A stretch of 64,000 bases of DNA. Source: Macrostomum lignano. Taxonomy: Eukaryota. Shown here piece by piece: positions 63,009-64,000 of the stretch; the stretch's first letter is position 1, and every line of letters begins with the position of its first letter. A program made the translations under genes and the position numbers. The notes under the pieces were generated by a model. The model did no database searches. It worked only from the letters and a program-made list of their open reading frames with translations, and was not told where the DNA came from. Location: the NCBI GenBank assembly GCA_002269645.1, contig NIVC01000660.1, positions 425,507-489,506 of the forward strand. Reading direction: 5' to 3'.

Positions 63009-63625
63009 CTCAGCAACAGCTAAACCCCCCCCCCCCCAACTCACGCTGTCACACGGCCCAAAAGTTTTGTGCCGACTCAGAAGGTGTTTCACTGCACGCC
63101 TGGGCTGGCATCGCACTGAATGGCAAAACAGAGCTTGTCATTCTGGAGCAGAATGTAACTGGGCAGACCTATGCAGAGCTGCTACAGCAGCAGTTTCTGC
63201 CATTTGCTACGACAACCTTTGGCGTCCCGCAGAACTGCATGCATTCTTCAAGACGACAACGCTGCGCCACATCGAGCAGCACACGTGCAGCTGCTGAAGG
63301 AGCAGCTCGGCATTCGCACATTGAACTGGCCGTCAAAGTCTCCAGACATGAACCCCATCGAGCATGTCTGGGACTTTGTAAAGCGAAGAGTTCAGCAGGA
63401 TGCCCCACAGAATGCTGAACAGTTGCGACTGGCGGTGCTGAATGCCTGGCAGCAGCTGCCCCAAGAGTTCATCAACCGGCTGGTGATCAGGATGCCACGA
63501 CGAGTCACGGCACTTTTGCATGCTCGTGGTTCCTACACACGATACTGAGACTAGAATTAAAGACATTGCTTAACTTTTGTACCCGTGTGACAGCGTGAGT
63601 TGGGGGGGGTTTAGCTGTTGCTGAG
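63009..63625 (+). mobile_element. Internally deleted Tc1 (DD34E-type) transposon
   Basis: TA on both sides (63007-63008, 63626-63627) and ~48-58-bp TIRs starting ctcagcaacagctaaacc. The remnant reads LQDDNAAPH...WPSKSPDMNPIEHVW. A tgca duplication causes a frameshift and the N-terminal half is missing. Confidence 0.9.
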
Positions 63626-64000
63626 TATAGAGTTGAGCAAAAGGCTTTGCAAAAAGGGTTTAAGTGAAAAAAATATACTCAAACATTAAAAAGTCACCAT
63701 TTTGAGAGAGCGCGGTAATTATAGCTCAGTATTGACTTTTGAGTGACGCAACTTGCGCCACGCGACGCAGAGTTGGGCTGGGTGAGGAGGGATTGAGAAG
63801 AGCGGAGGGCGAATATTGGATGGATTGAAGCTTCCGCCAGGTTTTCATTGTTTTTCAAGCATTTTAAAAATATCAAAATAGTTGGCCAGGTGATAAGACG
63901 CTGGTCGAAAGACACTGCTCACTGGGGCAAAGGGTAGCGACTTTTCAATGTTGCTGAGTATTTATATATCTAAACATCCGATGACATTAAACATCATTTA

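Overview
This is eukaryotic, intron-rich animal DNA. GT-AG introns packed with distinct minisatellites suggest an invertebrate such as a free-living flatworm; this is inference only. Genes reconstructed by hand from splice sites and motifs: MTRR (minus strand, 3' end runs off the window), MFF (minus), three tandem copies of a 3-exon GT32/DXD glycosyltransferase (plus), a complete 7-exon HAT1 (minus) and a probable secreted Cys-rich protein (plus). The centre (about 16.8-46.6 kb) is a rearranged tandem triplication. Each unit carries the glycosyltransferase gene and a hAT-type MITE whose internal 21-bp VNTR ranges from a few copies to about 390; units 1 and 2 also end with an antisense copy of exon 2. 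Intron 2 of the glycosyltransferase hides a split, intron-containing tyrosine-recombinase (Crypton-like) relic in a long inverted repeat, which the ORF track does not show. Also present are a LINE with RNase H, an RTE-like 3' end, two deleted Tc1/mariner elements, a TTAA-flanked element and tRNA-derived SINEs. The very long ORFs in the track are repeat artefacts. There is no CRISPR, rRNA or genuine tRNA gene. All family assignments are from motif recognition, not database searches.
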